64,000 bases of DNA from Candidatus Micrarchaeota archaeon. Lineage in GTDB: Archaea; Micrarchaeota; Micrarchaeia; Anstonellales; Anstonellaceae. The stretch's first letter is position 1; every line of letters begins with the position of its first letter. The notes beneath the pieces are model-generated. The model was not told the DNA's origin. It did not search any database and saw nothing but the letters and a program-made list of their open reading frames with translations. The translations under genes and the position numbers were made by a program. Positions 62,691 through 64,000 of the stretch are shown here, one piece after another. The stretch spans positions 230-64,229 of the forward strand of contig JAKAJC010000004.1 in NCBI GenBank assembly GCA_021814005.1, written 5' to 3'.

Positions 62691-63752
62691 ATGCAAACTA
62701 CTGGTCATTTTATGCCACGGCATGCACGCGCAAAGCGCCATCAGCCAAAAAGCCAGCCCGCCCGCCCCAAACTTCTTGTTGCAGTGGCAGGCGCGTCGGG
62801 CCGATTGGGCCTTCACGTGCTGCGCAAGCTCCGCTCGCACAGATGGCGCTGCGTTGCGCTTGTGCGCTCGCGCGCGGCCGCGCAGAAGCTGCCAAAAGGA
62901 ATCAATTGGCGGCTGGTGGACTATTCCGACGTCGACGCGCTTGCGCTCACGCTGGCCGATGTCACCCACATAGTGAACTGCACCGGCAGGCCGGACCAGA
63001 ATTCCTCCCTGCACGAAATGATGGCTGCCAACGTGCTGCCCACCCGCGCCCTCCTGATTGCATCCCCGGCTGCCTTGCAGAAATTCGTGCACATCAGCTC
63101 CATTTCAGTCTATGGCTGGAATCCAAAAAGCGGGGCAGACGAATTCTCGCCCCGCCGGCCGGACACGCCGTATGCGCACAGCAAGCTGGAGGCGGAAAAA
63201 CTCGTGCTGGCGCAGGCCCACAAGCGGCCAGTCGTGGTGCTGCAGCCGGGCATGATATTTGGCACAGATTTTCACGAAGGATTCTGGCCCGCCCTGCGCA
63301 TGATTATGCAGGGGCAGATGAGAATTCTTGGAAGCGGAAAGAACCGCCTGCCCCTTGTGCATGTTGACGATGTTGCGAGAGGAATAATTTGCGCCCTTCG
63401 CGCCCCCGTCATTTCCGGCTCGGTATTTTTGCTTGTCGGCCCCGAACAAATCACGCAGGAAAAGGCAATCTCTTCAGCCGCCGTCGAGCTTGGCGTCATG
63501 GCACCGCAAAGCCATCTTTCTCTTCACCTTGCCAATCTTATGTCTCACAGCCATTCATTTGTGCGAAGTTTGCAGGGCCGCCAGTCATCCCTTAGCCCTG
63601 AAATGGTGCGCCAGATGTCGTCAGACCGTTTCTTCGACTGCTCGCGCGCGCGCACGCTTTTGCACTGGCGGCCTTCCGTACCATTTAAAATAGGTCTAAG
63701 GCAAGTCGTATCACAGTTCGAATCATCGCAGCGAGGCGAATCCTATGGCTGA
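62691..63752 (+). CDS. NAD(P)-dependent epimerase/dehydratase family protein (extended SDR)
   Basis: The Rossmann motif is VAVAGASGRLG and the catalytic motif is YAHSK. The true start may be internal. Confidence 0.7.
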   Translation: MQTTGHFMPRHARAKRHQPKSQPARPKLLVAVAGASGRLGLHVLRKLRSHRWRCVALVRSRAAAQKLPKGINWRLVDYSDVDALALTLADVTHIVNCTGRPDQNSSLHEMMAANVLPTRALLIASPAALQKFVHISSISVYGWNPKSGADEFSPRRPDTPYAHSKLEAEKLVLAQAHKRPVVVLQPGMIFGTDFHEGFWPALRMIMQGQMRILGSGKNRLPLVHVDDVARGIICALRAPVISGSVFLLVGPEQITQEKAISSAAVELGVMAPQSHLSLHLANLMSHSHSFVRSLQGRQSSLSPEMVRQMSSDRFFDCSRARTLLHWRPSVPFKIGLRQVVSQFESSQRGESYG

Positions 63753-64000
63753 CAAAACCTACCAATATCTTCTCGAGTCACTCTCGGCGCGCGGCGCATT
63801 GCTGGCCGCCCTAATCGACCCCCTCGACCACCCAAGCCCTGCCGCGGCAGTGAAGGCCGGCGTGTCGGCAGCCAATGCTGGCGCAGACTATGTGCTTATC
63901 GGCGGCTCCACCGGGGTGGGCGGAGAGCTCCTTGATGGAGTTGCAAAAGACATCAAATCCCAAATTTCGGTGCCGCTCGTTCTTTTCCCCGGCAATGTGA
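63745..64000 (+). CDS. Geranylgeranylglyceryl phosphate synthase (GGGPS/PcrB family). The 5' part of the gene continues beyond the window.
   Basis: ALIDPLD...YVLIGGSTGV...PLVLFPGN are characteristic GGGPS motifs. The ATG overlaps the upstream stop (ATGGCTGA). Confidence 0.7.
   Translation, partial: MADKTYQYLLESLSARGALLAALIDPLDHPSPAAAVKAGVSAANAGADYVLIGGSTGVGGELLDGVAKDIKSQISVPLVLFPGNV

Overview
This is a GC-rich archaeal chromosomal segment. The archaeal assignment rests on the exosome/proteasome superoperon, thermosome, aIF5A, S24e/S27ae, Kae1, GatDE, GGGP synthase and an intron-containing tRNA. From 4.3 to 9.5 kb, on the minus strand, lies the conserved archaeal superoperon psmA-SBDS-Rrp4-Rrp41-Rrp42-L37ae-RpoP. 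One non-canonical secreted lipoprotein gene is inserted into it, and it is followed by a 1375-aa coiled-coil/transmembrane giant protein. The most unusual content is a roughly 22-kb, single-strand, tightly coupled cluster at 9.6-31.9 kb. It encodes six paralogous polytopic membrane modules sharing three conserved motifs; two of the modules are fused to giant ectodomains. The same cluster encodes giant secreted/membrane proteins, two of them extremely Cys-rich with a recurrent C-P-x-x-C-R motif and many N-glycosylation sequons, plus a Lys-tailed cytoplasmic protein. I could not assign the membrane module to any family I know. I interpret the cluster as a candidate undescribed envelope-spanning surface system. 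The rest of the window holds four tRNAs (His with an intron and an encoded G-1, Phe, Gln, Val) and a LonB-like ATPase that lacks the protease domain and carries a zinc-ribbon insert. An orphan HerA-like ATPase sits next to tandem repeats and a GC hairpin in a divergent promoter. Housekeeping genes (GatD/GatE, aIF5A, S24e, S27ae, Kae1, PurM, thermosome, UppP, GGGPS) and several secreted or unknown proteins make up the remainder. The ORF track contains many long antisense or GC-driven ORFs that I treat as spurious.
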